From Pseudomonadota bacterium (GTDB lineage: Bacteria; Bdellovibrionota; FAC87; UBA2466), in assembly GCA_043767805.1 (NCBI GenBank), contig JAYUGC010000115.1:1-28118 (forward strand): DNA of 28,118 nucleotides. The letters are read 5' to 3'. Every line of letters begins with the position of its first letter. Positions within the stretch are counted from its first letter, which is position 1. The position numbers and the translations under genes were made by a program. A model generated the notes under the pieces. That model saw only the letters and a program-made list of their open reading frames with translations. It made no database searches and was not told where the DNA came from. Positions 1 to 9,363 of this stretch are shown in pieces.

Positions 1-199
1 GCACAATTAAGACTAGAAAAGAAATTGCGACAATGGGATTAGTGCATTGAATTCATAAGAAAGACTACTGCGGCTACTGCGAGCTTTCGCTAGAAAACAA
101 CACAATCGAACAGGCGATAGCATGCCACGAAGCCAAGACTCGAACGTTGTGACAGAATTTTCTAAGGCTTTTGAACGGTGGGGCCCGCCGAAGTCGAGA

Positions 200-1267
200 T
201 CAAGCCCGGGTACCGGATACTGACCGGAGCCGCTTCTGTGGGGCGTCTGTCCAGTTCCGATCGCTGAGACTGCGGGCAGCCCCGGAGAAGTCTATCTTTT
301 GAGATTCTAGCCAACGTAGGTATTGGCGGAGCCCTTCGTCCAGTCCCGTCAAAAAAAGACCCGGGAAAAGTCGTTTTGCCAAAGTAACGTCGGCTCCGAG
401 CCTTCGAATATCGCCCGGCCGATCGGACTCGTACCGAGGCTGGGTCTTGCTACCGGTGAGGCGGCGAATCGACTCGGCAAGGGCCTTGATGGTGACTTCT
501 TCGCCCCTAGCCAAATTGATGCTCCGGCCGAGGAGCTCGTCGCTTGCCGCCGCCGCGATAAGCCCTTCGGCGGTGTCACGCACGTAAGTGAAATCCCGTG
601 TTTGAAGCCCATCGCCGAAAATCACTGGCTCCACCCCTGCCTTGAACCAGACTGTGAAGCGCGGAATCACTTCTCCGTACGGCCCATCGAGATGGGAGCG
701 TGGGCCAAAAGCATTGAAAGGGCGAGCTACGACAGCTTTGAGCCCATGTGTCTGATGAAAGGCCAAGCTGTAATGTTCGCCCACGAGCTTGGACGCACCA
801 TAGACCGTCGTCGGATGTTTAGGGGACTCCTCGCTCAGAAGCCCACCCTTCGGACCGAGCGAGAGCGCGGCGCCTCCATAGACCTCGGATGAAGAGCAGT
901 AGACGAAGCGGCCGACCCCATTTGCCTTTGCCGCCATCAAACAATTCAAAGTGCCCGTGGAGTTTACATCATGGTTAGTGGCGGGATCGACCAGCGAGAG
1001 TCGCACGCAATGGGTGGCCAAATGGAACACTACGTCGATCCCCCGAAACGCGTCTTGCAATGTCGGAAGATCTCTCACGTCCCCATCGAGAATGGTCAAA
1101 TTCGAGTTCCCGAGGTGCTGGGATAAATTCTCCCTCCGTCCCGTGGCGAAGTTATCGAATACGACGACCTCTTTGCCGAGCTCCAGCAGTTTGTCGACGA
1201 GATGACTGCCGATAAAGCCGGCACCGCCTGTTACCGCGACCCGTTGACCCTGTAATTTCGTAACCAT
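200..1267 (-). CDS. NAD-dependent nucleotide-sugar epimerase/dehydratase (extended SDR)
   Basis: TGGAGFIG Rossmann motif, SSSEVYG, catalytic YGASK (YxxxK), GDGLQTRDFTYV; last gene of a minus-strand sugar operon. Confidence 0.95.
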   Translation of the reverse strand: MVTKLQGQRVAVTGGAGFIGSHLVDKLLELGKEVVVFDNFATGRRENLSQHLGNSNLTILDGDVRDLPTLQDAFRGIDVVFHLATHCVRLSLVDPATNHDVNSTGTLNCLMAAKANGVGRFVYCSSSEVYGGAALSLGPKGGLLSEESPKHPTTVYGASKLVGEHYSLAFHQTHGLKAVVARPFNAFGPRSHLDGPYGEVIPRFTVWFKAGVEPVIFGDGLQTRDFTYVRDTAEGLIAAAASDELLGRSINLARGEEVTIKALAESIRRLTGSKTQPRYESDRPGDIRRLGADVTLAKRLFPGLFLTGLDEGLRQYLRWLESQKIDFSGAARSLSDRNWTDAPQKRLRSVSGTRA

Positions 1268-1274
1268 GGGAATA

Positions 1275-2486
1275 TCAACCTGCTTTCTTCAGCTGAGTCT
1301 CGCCGGTCAGAGCCACGCCTAGCGCGCCCGCCACTCGTTTTTGATCTGCTTCGGTGAGCCCGGGAAAAAGAGGGAGCATCAAACCTTGGCGGTGGGCCTT
1401 TTCGCTTTCGCGCAGGTTCTTACAGCCTTTCGAATGGTCACAGTTTTGCACTCCGCAACTCCACTGCCCTTGTCCGTAGGCCGGCTCTAGATGAGAGCAC
1501 ATGACCCCGCGCCTTGTAGCAATCCCGGCATCCAGCATCGCTTGCATGATTCTTTTCTGATCGAGGTGCGGTGCCAGCCGAAGGGCGAAGCTCTGCCAGT
1601 TGCAGCGCGCCCAGGTCGGCTCCGTCGGAAGTTGAAGGTCCCGTTGAGAAGCAAGAAGAGAGCGGTAAACACCCACCTGCCTGCGCCTTTGCCGGACCAT
1701 TTCAGGAATTCTTCGTAACTGCACTCTGCCGATGGCGGCCTGAATGTCGGTAAGACGGTAGTTATACCCAAGCTCCGTGTAATTCTCGAACACTACGGTT
1801 GCCGATTGATGCCTAACCGTGTCGGGAACGTTCATGGAATGCTGCCGCCATAAACGGAACTTCGTGTCCCAATCGGCGCGCGCCGTCGTTATCATTCCCC
1901 CGTCTCCAGTGGTCAGAAGCTTTCGGGGGTGAAAGGAAAAACAAACGGCATCGCCCACTGGCTTACCGATCTTCTGCCAATTGCCATCGATCTGTATTTC
2001 GCTGCCTATGCCGCACGCGGCGTCTTCGATGAGGAAGAGCTTTCGGGCGGTCGCAATGGCACGAAGGCGAGAAAGATCGCAGGGCATGCCTAGCTGATGA
2101 ACGCAAAGAATGGCCCGGGTCCGCGAAGTAATGGCGCTCTCTACTTTATCGGCAGCAATATTGAATCCGTCCGAATCGATATCGACGAAAACGGGGGTTG
2201 CCCCGACATATCGAATGCTATTCGCAGTCGCGATAAAGGAGTGACTGACGGTAATGACCTCATCGCCGGGCCCTAGGTCGGCAGCTTGCAAAGCAAGATG
2301 CAAAGCCGTCGAACAGCTAGAAACAGCGCAAGCAAAGGGAGCGTCGACGAAGGCCGCGAGCTCCTTCTCGAAGGCAGCCACCTCGGGGCCCTGGGTGAGC
2401 CAGTTGGAAGCGATTACACGGGCTACCGCTTCGGACTCTTCTTTCCCGAGAAGGGGTCGGCTGAATGGAATGGCAGTTTTAGACAC
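1275..2486 (-). CDS. DegT/DnrJ/EryC1/StrS PLP-dependent sugar aminotransferase
   Basis: GPEVAAFE, SFIATAN, IEDAAC, SFHPRKLLTTGDGG (PLP lysine), GYNYRLTDIQAAIG. Start moved to GTG at 2486 (GGAG 5 nt upstream), which removes the overlap with the upstream gene. Confidence 0.95.
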   Translation of the reverse strand: MSKTAIPFSRPLLGKEESEAVARVIASNWLTQGPEVAAFEKELAAFVDAPFACAVSSCSTALHLALQAADLGPGDEVITVSHSFIATANSIRYVGATPVFVDIDSDGFNIAADKVESAITSRTRAILCVHQLGMPCDLSRLRAIATARKLFLIEDAACGIGSEIQIDGNWQKIGKPVGDAVCFSFHPRKLLTTGDGGMITTARADWDTKFRLWRQHSMNVPDTVRHQSATVVFENYTELGYNYRLTDIQAAIGRVQLRRIPEMVRQRRRQVGVYRSLLASQRDLQLPTEPTWARCNWQSFALRLAPHLDQKRIMQAMLDAGIATRRGVMCSHLEPAYGQGQWSCGVQNCDHSKGCKNLRESEKAHRQGLMLPLFPGLTEADQKRVAGALGVALTGETQLKKAG

Positions 2487-2505
2487 AGTTGCTCCGTAAA
2501 AGAGT

Positions 2506-3573
2506 TCAGGCTGCCTTTTGCCGACGGGGCACCGTCCGGCTCTGGCCGATGGCAATTGGCATACCGCCTTGTTCGAGGCTCTGCGAGAGCGCCTCGAGAA
2601 TACCGACTATCCTGCGGCCCGCTTCTGCGTCGGTCGGAGGAATTTTATCCTCCGAAAGGTACGCGTGGAGCGAGTCTAAAAGGAAAGCGAGAGACTCTTT
2701 CGAAGAAAGTGCCGGAACGTGGATGTCTCCCACGCGGTAGCTGATCCGAGGATCCATCGGACCGGTTGCCTTAGAAACGACCTCGACGCCCTTATTGAAG
2801 ATCTTCACTCGCTCACCCGGCAAGTTCTCGTCGTAAACACAAAGTTTATCCGTTCCGCCGAGCATGACCGTCCGTATTTTCGTGGGGGCCACCCAGTTCA
2901 GATTGAGGTGAGCCACGAAACCGTCGGCGTACTTCAGATGGCAGTAACAAAGGTTCGCATTGCCCTTTTCATAGTGATCGGATGCCATGGCCATGACGGA
3001 TACCGGCGTTTTGCCGCCAGTCAGAAGATCCAAAATGGAAAGGTCGTGGGGCGCGAGATCCCACATCACGTTGGTCGAAGGCTGAAATCCGCCCAAGTTG
3101 ACCCGGACTGAATCGTAATAGAGTAGGCGCCCGAAGGTACCCTTCGGGATTTCCTCCGCCATGTAGCGCACCGCGGGATTGTAAACGAAAGTGTGATCCA
3201 CCATGACGCGACGGCCGAGCCTTTTGGCGACGGTGATTATCTGATCGCATTCGGCCACGGAGAGAGCCATGGGCTTTTCAATTAAGACGTCGGCACCTTT
3301 TTCGAGGCACTGAATTGCAAGCGTGCAATGAGTCTGCGGCGGTGTGGCAATCAGCACAACTTGCGGCCGCTTATCCTTGAAAAGCTCTTCTACCGACGCA
3401 AAGCGTGGAACGTGCGGATAGGCCTTTGCCGCCTTGTTTCGCCCAGCCTCACTTGCATCCACTACGCCTACGACGTCAAAGCTCCCGTGCTGAAACAAAT
3501 TACGCAATAAGTTAACTCCCCAATATCCATAGCCTAGCAGCGCGGCACGAACTATCGTCGAATCTTGCTTCAT
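2506..3573 (-). CDS. Gfo/Idh/MocA family NAD(P)-dependent oxidoreductase (WbpB/WlbA-like sugar dehydrogenase)
   Basis: GYGYWG nucleotide-binding loop, IATPP, VLIEKP, WDLAPHD motifs; ATG at 3573 chosen because family homology begins just after it. Confidence 0.92.
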   Translation of the reverse strand: MKQDSTIVRAALLGYGYWGVNLLRNLFQHGSFDVVGVVDASEAGRNKAAKAYPHVPRFASVEELFKDKRPQVVLIATPPQTHCTLAIQCLEKGADVLIEKPMALSVAECDQIITVAKRLGRRVMVDHTFVYNPAVRYMAEEIPKGTFGRLLYYDSVRVNLGGFQPSTNVMWDLAPHDLSILDLLTGGKTPVSVMAMASDHYEKGNANLCYCHLKYADGFVAHLNLNWVAPTKIRTVMLGGTDKLCVYDENLPGERVKIFNKGVEVVSKATGPMDPRISYRVGDIHVPALSSKESLAFLLDSLHAYLSEDKIPPTDAEAGRRIVGILEALSQSLEQGGMPIAIGQSRTVPRRQKAA

Positions 3574-3583
3574 CTTGCACAAT

Positions 3584-3611
3584 TTATCGGTGTTTCCGAA
3601 TCGGCCCTTGA
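3584..3611 (-). promoter_or_regulatory. Putative sigma28 (FliA/SigD-type) promoter for the oxidoreductase-aminotransferase-epimerase operon
   Basis: Minus strand TCAA-N16-ACCGATAA, ending 10 nt before the ATG at 3573. Confidence 0.55.
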
Positions 3612-3765
3612 AGCCTATTTCCCCTCCAATCGAAATCTGAAAACTAAACCCCATTTCGCGCTCAACGGCGTGATATTCTTATAGAGAACTCTCTGCTCTT
3701 TCGGCTCCCCGTCCTATCACCGGGTCCCGGCGCGCCGACCAATCTCACACAAAAGAACGCTACTC

Positions 3766-4854
3766 ATGTCTACCGAGCCAAGACTTTCGGCAGCCGCTTT
3801 GAAGCGAGTGATAGATCGCCTCGAGCTCAATTTACGAGGACGCACCGTGCTCACTGAGGCTGCGACCGGGGCCTATGTGGTCACGCCGATCCTCGCCGCG
3901 CTCGCAGGAGCCCGGGTATTAGCTTACGCGAAAGACACCAGGTATGGATCTCGGGAAGAAGTTTTCGCGCTGCTAAACGCAACCTCCCGTTCGCTGGGCG
4001 CCCCGGCCATCACGACCGTCTCCGCCTTAGATCCGAAGACTTTCGCTGCCGCGGATCTCATCACCAATAGCGGTCACCTGCGACCACTCAACGCTGAGCG
4101 ACTTCAATCGGTAAAACCAGGGGCAGTCCTTAGCCTAATGTACGAGGCTTGGGAGTGCCGCGAAGCGGACTTGGACCTCGCCTTCTGCCACGAAAGGGCA
4201 ATACGAGTGGGTGGCACCAACGAGCGACATCCGGACGTGGATGTATTCGGTTATCTCGGCGACATGGCGATGAAGCTGATGCTCGACGCAGGCGCTTGCC
4301 CGTACAACAGCACGGTAGTTCTGATTTGCAACAATGATTTCGGACCCTACATTGCCCGCACCCTGGCAAAGGTTTGCCGCAGACTCGGTATCGTCGACAC
4401 AGTCGCACGCAAAGCCGATTATCAGCCACTGCTAAATCCGGGAAAAGTAGACTGGCTTTCCGCCTTTCCAACTTTGGAACCACTCTCTCACTATCTCGAG
4501 ACGTCTGCCGTCATCTTTACGGCAAGCCCCTTCGAAAACGACTGGGCGGCTCGGGGAGGAGTCGATCTCGCAGCCATGAAGCGATTTTTTCCCGAGGCAG
4601 TGCTGCTCCGATTCGCAGGGCATTTAGACACGAAAGACCTCGCTAACCACGGCATCGCTTTTCATCCCAAGGAAGTTCGCGCGGGTCACATGGGCGTGCT
4701 TCCCTCAGACGTGGGGGTGGAGCCCATTCTTAGACTCCAAGCCGCTGGCCTCAAAGTGGGCCAGCTGATGCTGGAAGGAAAAACTTACCTCCGGGGAACG
4801 GAGCTGGTTCAGCCTCTAGTCCCCCACCCCACATCGACGAGGAAAGCATCATGA
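3766..4854 (+). CDS. Hypothetical protein, diverged AHCY / D-2-hydroxyacid dehydrogenase-like alpha/beta fold
   Basis: 362-aa ORF with ATGA coupling to the next gene; segments ADLITNS..LNAERL and DLDLAFCHERAIRVGGTN resemble the 2-hydroxyacid dehydrogenase substrate domain. Confidence 0.7.
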   Translation: MSTEPRLSAAALKRVIDRLELNLRGRTVLTEAATGAYVVTPILAALAGARVLAYAKDTRYGSREEVFALLNATSRSLGAPAITTVSALDPKTFAAADLITNSGHLRPLNAERLQSVKPGAVLSLMYEAWECREADLDLAFCHERAIRVGGTNERHPDVDVFGYLGDMAMKLMLDAGACPYNSTVVLICNNDFGPYIARTLAKVCRRLGIVDTVARKADYQPLLNPGKVDWLSAFPTLEPLSHYLETSAVIFTASPFENDWAARGGVDLAAMKRFFPEAVLLRFAGHLDTKDLANHGIAFHPKEVRAGHMGVLPSDVGVEPILRLQAAGLKVGQLMLEGKTYLRGTELVQPLVPHPTSTRKAS

Positions 4855-5525
4855 AAAAGACCAAGAAATTGGTACTTTTCGGCTACACGGATTTCGCGCA
4901 AATCGCTTACGAATATTTCACCGTAGATACGGAGTTCGAAGTCGTCGCCTTTTGCGCCGATCGCGAGCGCCTAACCATTAAAAGTCAGTACGGGCTGCCG
5001 ATCGTTGCCTTCGAGGATATCGAGAAGCTCTACAGTCCGACAGACCATTATTTTTACGGGGCAAGCGTCTATACCCAGCTTAACCGAGTGCGAACTCGGG
5101 TGATGAACACCGCCAAGAGCAAAGGCTACCGCCTTGCTTCGTATATCAGTCCCCGAGCCTTCGTCTGGAGAAACGTGGAACTCGGAGAGCACGTTTTCAT
5201 ATTTGAAGACAATACTGTGCAGCCATTCACCAAGATAGGATCGAATGTGGTCATGTGGAGCGGCAATCACATCGGCCATCACACTATCGTCGAGGATAAT
5301 TGCTTCCTCTCCTCACACGTCGTGATCTCCGGTGGGTGCGTGATTGGTGCCAATACGTTCATTGGCGTGAATGCGACGGTAAATAACATGATAAAGATAG
5401 GACCGGATTGTCTCATCGCCTCCGGAGCGCTGATTTACAAGGACGTCCCCCAAAACAGCATCGTAAAAGGAATGAAGGTCGTCGAGAATGCGAGCGCAAA
5501 AGCCCATTACAGAGTCGAAGAGTGA
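4851..5525 (+). CDS. Sugar acetyltransferase, NeuD/PglD-like left-handed beta-helix family
   Basis: N-terminal alpha/beta domain then hexapeptide repeats (VELGEH, TKIGSN, HIGHH, CVIGAN, IKIGPD). Confidence 0.92.
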   Translation: MKKTKKLVLFGYTDFAQIAYEYFTVDTEFEVVAFCADRERLTIKSQYGLPIVAFEDIEKLYSPTDHYFYGASVYTQLNRVRTRVMNTAKSKGYRLASYISPRAFVWRNVELGEHVFIFEDNTVQPFTKIGSNVVMWSGNHIGHHTIVEDNCFLSSHVVISGGCVIGANTFIGVNATVNNMIKIGPDCLIASGALIYKDVPQNSIVKGMKVVENASAKAHYRVEE

Positions 5526-5532
5526 GCCAGCA

Positions 5533-6462
5533 ATGCAGTGGAGGAAGCTGGGACTTATCTTTCACGCCGATGGGGCTTGGGGATGGAATAAGAAGTACAC
5601 CGGTATCCCTACCGCCGAGTACCTTCCGGCAACGAGACGGATCCGCGTCTACTACTACTCCATGGACGAGAAGCAAGATGGACGCATTAGCTTTATAGAA
5701 GTCGATTCCGCGGATCCAACGAAAATAGTCTATCGGCACGAATCCCCAATCCTCGACATCGGCGAGCAAGGGTCATTCGACGACTCAGGAGTCTGCCCTT
5801 CCTGTACCGTCGATGCGGGCGGGCGCAAATTTCTCTACTACCTGGGAGTCCAGAGGACGGAAAAAGCCCATCTGTATTTCGCGGGCCTCGCAATCTCCAG
5901 TGATGGAGGTCTCAGCTTCCAGAAGCACTCCCGAGTGCCCATCTTGGATCGCACGGAGGACGAGCCATTCATTCGGTCGGCATGCTCCGTGCGCTTCGAT
6001 CCGCGCCACGGAAAGTTCCGGATGTGGTACGTATCGGCCCGGGGGTGGACGGAAGCCTACGGAAAATCCTACCCCTCCTATATCATCCGCCACGCCACCT
6101 CTTCCGACGGGATCCAGTGGGAAACCTCCCCGGTAGCGGCCGTCGATTTACATGGAACGAACGAGTTCGGCTTGGGCCGCCCATGGGTGATCATCGAAAA
6201 CGGCACATACCGGATGTGGTACAGCATCCGTTCCCGCACGGAACCGTACCGAATCGGCTATGCGGAATCGAAGGACGGTACGACCTGGGATCGCAAAGAC
6301 GACTTGGTAGGCATCGAAAAATCCAAGGCAGGCTGGGACTCCGAGATGATCTGCTATCCGAGCCTCGTCGATGCCGAGGGCAAGCGTTTTATGTTCCACA
6401 ACGGGAACAGCCACGGTGCCTCAGGGCTTGGAGTCGCGGTACTCGAGAAGGACTCCAAGTGA
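5533..6462 (+). CDS. Five-bladed beta-propeller glycoside hydrolase-like protein (GH32/43/130 superfamily-like)
   Basis: MQWRKLGLIF start, FDDSGV, RMWY repeats, Asp-box-like SxDGxxW/F motifs (SSDGGLSF, SSDGIQW, SKDGTTW), WDSEMICYP; no signal peptide. Confidence 0.8.
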   Translation: MQWRKLGLIFHADGAWGWNKKYTGIPTAEYLPATRRIRVYYYSMDEKQDGRISFIEVDSADPTKIVYRHESPILDIGEQGSFDDSGVCPSCTVDAGGRKFLYYLGVQRTEKAHLYFAGLAISSDGGLSFQKHSRVPILDRTEDEPFIRSACSVRFDPRHGKFRMWYVSARGWTEAYGKSYPSYIIRHATSSDGIQWETSPVAAVDLHGTNEFGLGRPWVIIENGTYRMWYSIRSRTEPYRIGYAESKDGTTWDRKDDLVGIEKSKAGWDSEMICYPSLVDAEGKRFMFHNGNSHGASGLGVAVLEKDSK

Positions 6463-7460
6463 GCGAAACGCCCCAAATCATGGTGCAACCGTTCCGACAC
6501 GAGCTCGCGGATCGATGGGAGGAGTTCATCGGGACGAGCCGCAACGGTTACTTTCAATCCAGCCGTCGTTTCCTGGCTTATCACGGCGATCGCTTTAACG
6601 ACGCCTCTCTCATTCTCAGCCGACCGGACGGAGAATGGCTCGCCGTCATCGCAGCTGCCAGGGTCGAGCGGCCCGATGGCCTTGAGTTCGCAAGCCATCC
6701 GGGGCTCACTTTTGCCGGGTGTGTGCTTTCGCGCTCTCTAACCCAAATGACCTACCTCAAGGCTTTCGGGACATTACTTACTTATCTCGTCGACAAGGGA
6801 TACAAGCACCTTCTCTACAAGAGTCTTCCATCGATGTACCATGCCGTTCCTTCTCAGGACGATCTGTATGGGTTTTTTCTGACGGGCGCGGAGCTCGTTG
6901 GCCGCCACATCCTTCCCACGATTCATCAGAGAGATAGACTTCCCTTCCAGGAAAGGCGCTCCCGGGGGGCGAAGAAAGCATCGAGGAACGGAATTACCGT
7001 GCGCGAGACGCAAGACCTGAGAAGTTATTGGGCAATCGTGGATGCTCTACTTCAAAGCTACGGAACGAAACCAGTACATTCTCTCGACGAGATCCGCGAT
7101 ATCCAAGCCCGGCTCCCGCAGAATGTACGGCTGTTTGCGGCGTATCGGGAAAACACGATGGAAGCTGGGGTGCTTGTTTTCGAATCAGGCCCAGTCGCTC
7201 GGGCGCAGTACATAGCCTCGACGGCCGAGGGCAAACAATCCGGAGCCCTCGATCTCGTCTTTGACCATCTCCTCCTAGAGGTTTACGTAAACAAGCCGTT
7301 CTTCGAGTTCGGAACAGCCACGACCGATGGCGGTAAATATCTCTCCGCGGGCATATGCGAACAAAAGGAAGGCTTCGGAGCCCGGTCCTTGGTACAAGAT
7401 ACTTACCGTCTAAAGCTGACCGAGCATCTACCGGCCAAACTGGAGGCTTGCCTCGAATGA
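6459..7460 (+). CDS. GNAT/FemAB-like N-acyltransferase
   Basis: GTGA overlap with upstream stop; FLAYHGDRF, SHPGLTFAG, KPVHSLDEI, QYIA, FEFG, KEGFGAR motifs. Confidence 0.85.
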   Translation: MSETPQIMVQPFRHELADRWEEFIGTSRNGYFQSSRRFLAYHGDRFNDASLILSRPDGEWLAVIAAARVERPDGLEFASHPGLTFAGCVLSRSLTQMTYLKAFGTLLTYLVDKGYKHLLYKSLPSMYHAVPSQDDLYGFFLTGAELVGRHILPTIHQRDRLPFQERRSRGAKKASRNGITVRETQDLRSYWAIVDALLQSYGTKPVHSLDEIRDIQARLPQNVRLFAAYRENTMEAGVLVFESGPVARAQYIASTAEGKQSGALDLVFDHLLLEVYVNKPFFEFGTATTDGGKYLSAGICEQKEGFGARSLVQDTYRLKLTEHLPAKLEACLE

Positions 7461-8425
7461 AAACTTTATCAGTCGTCGTACCGATCTATTACGGCGAGAA
7501 CCTCATTGCTCCTTTCGGGGACGCCATGGACACGGTGGAACAATCCCTCGAGCGTCTCGGCGTCAGGCTGCAGTTGATATTCGTAGACGATGGCTCCCCC
7601 GACATGACCATGATCGAGCTTCTAGAGTACAAGCGCCGAAGGCCGGCGACCTTAGTGGTAAAGCTAACCCGTAATTTCGGCGCCATCAACGCATCAAAAA
7701 CTGGGCTCAAGTTTGTCACCGGCGATTGTTTTACGATCATGGCGGTTGATCTTCAGGATCCCCCTGAGCTGCTGGTGGAGATGGTTAAACGCTGGCAAGA
7801 GGGCGCTAAGTACGTCCTATGTGAAAGGACAAAGCGCGCCGATCCTCCGGCAACCCGGTTTTTCTCGGCGGTGTATTACAAGCTGGTCCGAACCTTCCTG
7901 ATGAAAGACTTTCCGAAGGGCGGGGTGGATTTCGTTTTCTGGGACGCAAGTATCCTGCCTTACGTCAGAGACGCTGGTAAGCACGTAAATCGCGTTCTAC
8001 TTGCCCACTGGCTAGGCCACAAGCCGGAGACCATCTACTACGAACGGCCGGCTCGCCACTCGGGCACTAGCCGGTGGACTTTTTCCAAGAAGATTAACCT
8101 TTTCGTAGATAGTTTCGTAGGTTTCTCGGTTCTGCCCGTGAGGGCCATTTCTTTCATGGGCTTCGCAATATCCCTGGGAAGTATCGCCTATAGTTTCGTC
8201 ATCCTTACTGGTAGCCTCATGGGCAGAATTACGGTGCCTGGTTTTGCGACGCCGGTGATTCTCATCTCGTTTCTGCTGGGAGTAGTCATGGTCATGCTAG
8301 GTATAGTGGGCGAGTATGTGTGGAGAATATTTGAGCTTCTAAATCAGCGGCCTGAAGCGGTAATCGACGAGGTTTACGATGACAAAGTCCATGAGCAAAA
8401 AGTTATGCGATCTAACCTTCGTTAA
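7457..8425 (+). CDS. GT2 polyprenyl-phosphate glycosyltransferase (GtrB/ArnC/DPM1-like)
   Basis: SVVVPIY, FVDDGSPD, LTRNFG, VDLQDPPE, two C-terminal TM helices, GEYVWRI..RP; ATGA coupling. Confidence 0.93.
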   Translation: MKTLSVVVPIYYGENLIAPFGDAMDTVEQSLERLGVRLQLIFVDDGSPDMTMIELLEYKRRRPATLVVKLTRNFGAINASKTGLKFVTGDCFTIMAVDLQDPPELLVEMVKRWQEGAKYVLCERTKRADPPATRFFSAVYYKLVRTFLMKDFPKGGVDFVFWDASILPYVRDAGKHVNRVLLAHWLGHKPETIYYERPARHSGTSRWTFSKKINLFVDSFVGFSVLPVRAISFMGFAISLGSIAYSFVILTGSLMGRITVPGFATPVILISFLLGVVMVMLGIVGEYVWRIFELLNQRPEAVIDEVYDDKVHEQKVMRSNLR

Positions 8426-9137
8426 GTTTCGAGAGCTGGCTCAAGACGAGACGCTTTCGACGAACGAGAAGATTGGCTTTCATGATCACCTTCGGCTTGG
8501 TTTCGAAGAGGCGATTTTCGCCGACATTTGCTCTAAGCTCCCAGCCTTGCTCGAACCTGGCAGCCTCGTGCTCGATATCGGCTGTGGTTGCTCTGACCTC
8601 ACGCGCCGCTTCATCTCCAACGCTGAGCAACGGAATCAGGAAATTTTTCTTTTGGATAGTTCGGAGATGCTAGCGCATCTGCCAGATTCGCACTCGGTTC
8701 ACAAATTGCCCGGTATGTACCCAAGGGATTTTCCCGAATTTTGTAATAAGAGTGCAGGTACCTTTCATTCGGTCCTGCTCTACAGCGTTCTCCATTACAT
8801 GGTCGAAGAGTTGGCAGTGCTGCGGATGTTCGACCAAACCCTCGCATTGCTTGCCCCCGGCGGGCGCTTGCTTTTGGGGGACCTCCCCAACGTCAATAAG
8901 AGGAACCGGTTTTTCTCCTCGGCGAATGGAATAGGATTCCATCAGAGAGAGAACTCCACCACTGAGCTTCCGGTCGTCTCCCCCTACGCGCCAATTGCGG
9001 GCTCGATCGACGATTCCTTTGTGTTAGGCCTCGTGGCCCGTGCCCGGGCTCAAGGTTATGAGTCTTACCTGATGCCCCAAGGCGCTAACTTGCCCATGGC
9101 GAACCGAAGAGAAGACCTTCTTTTCCTCAAACCCTAA
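8379..9137 (+). CDS. Class I SAM-dependent methyltransferase
   Basis: VLDIGCG motif I, YSVLHY, LAPGGRLLLGD; start may be ATG at 8391. Confidence 0.88.
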   Translation: MTKSMSKKLCDLTFVKFRELAQDETLSTNEKIGFHDHLRLGFEEAIFADICSKLPALLEPGSLVLDIGCGCSDLTRRFISNAEQRNQEIFLLDSSEMLAHLPDSHSVHKLPGMYPRDFPEFCNKSAGTFHSVLLYSVLHYMVEELAVLRMFDQTLALLAPGGRLLLGDLPNVNKRNRFFSSANGIGFHQRENSTTELPVVSPYAPIAGSIDDSFVLGLVARARAQGYESYLMPQGANLPMANRREDLLFLKP

Positions 9138-9139
9138 CT

Positions 9140-9194
9140 AAAAGAGCGGGCCGTCGAACACCAGGTTCAATGGTTCGACGGCTACCGCGCTTTT
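9140..9194. terminator. Probable bidirectional intrinsic terminator
   Basis: AAAAG..GCCGTCGAAC-N13-GTTCGACGGC..CTTTT inverted repeat immediately after the methyltransferase stop, between convergent genes. Confidence 0.65.
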
Positions 9195-9363
9195 CTGGCG
9201 TCTTTCCCAAAGGATGCAGATCCAAGGAGCTTCGTGCAGGAGCACTGGCTCCGCTACGATGGCCACTGGAACCAGAAAGGTTCCGATCTTTTCGGCCAAG
9301 CGATATCACGTTACCTACTATCCTCGTCGGCAAATGGAAGGCCCGCCGCTTCCTCCAAGCCCG

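Noticed and set aside
1..199. Start of a further minus-strand gene; short CTACTGCG repeat near 65-81
   Set aside because: No convincing start-bearing ORF runs off the edge; the two-copy repeat is too short to be meaningful
3612..3765. JUMPStart/ops element ahead of the polysaccharide operons
   Set aside because: No GGCGGTAG ops core found on either strand
5982..6458. N-terminal 159-aa extension of the GNAT ORF
   Set aside because: Overlaps the propeller gene out of frame; GTGA coupling at 6459 gives the sensible start
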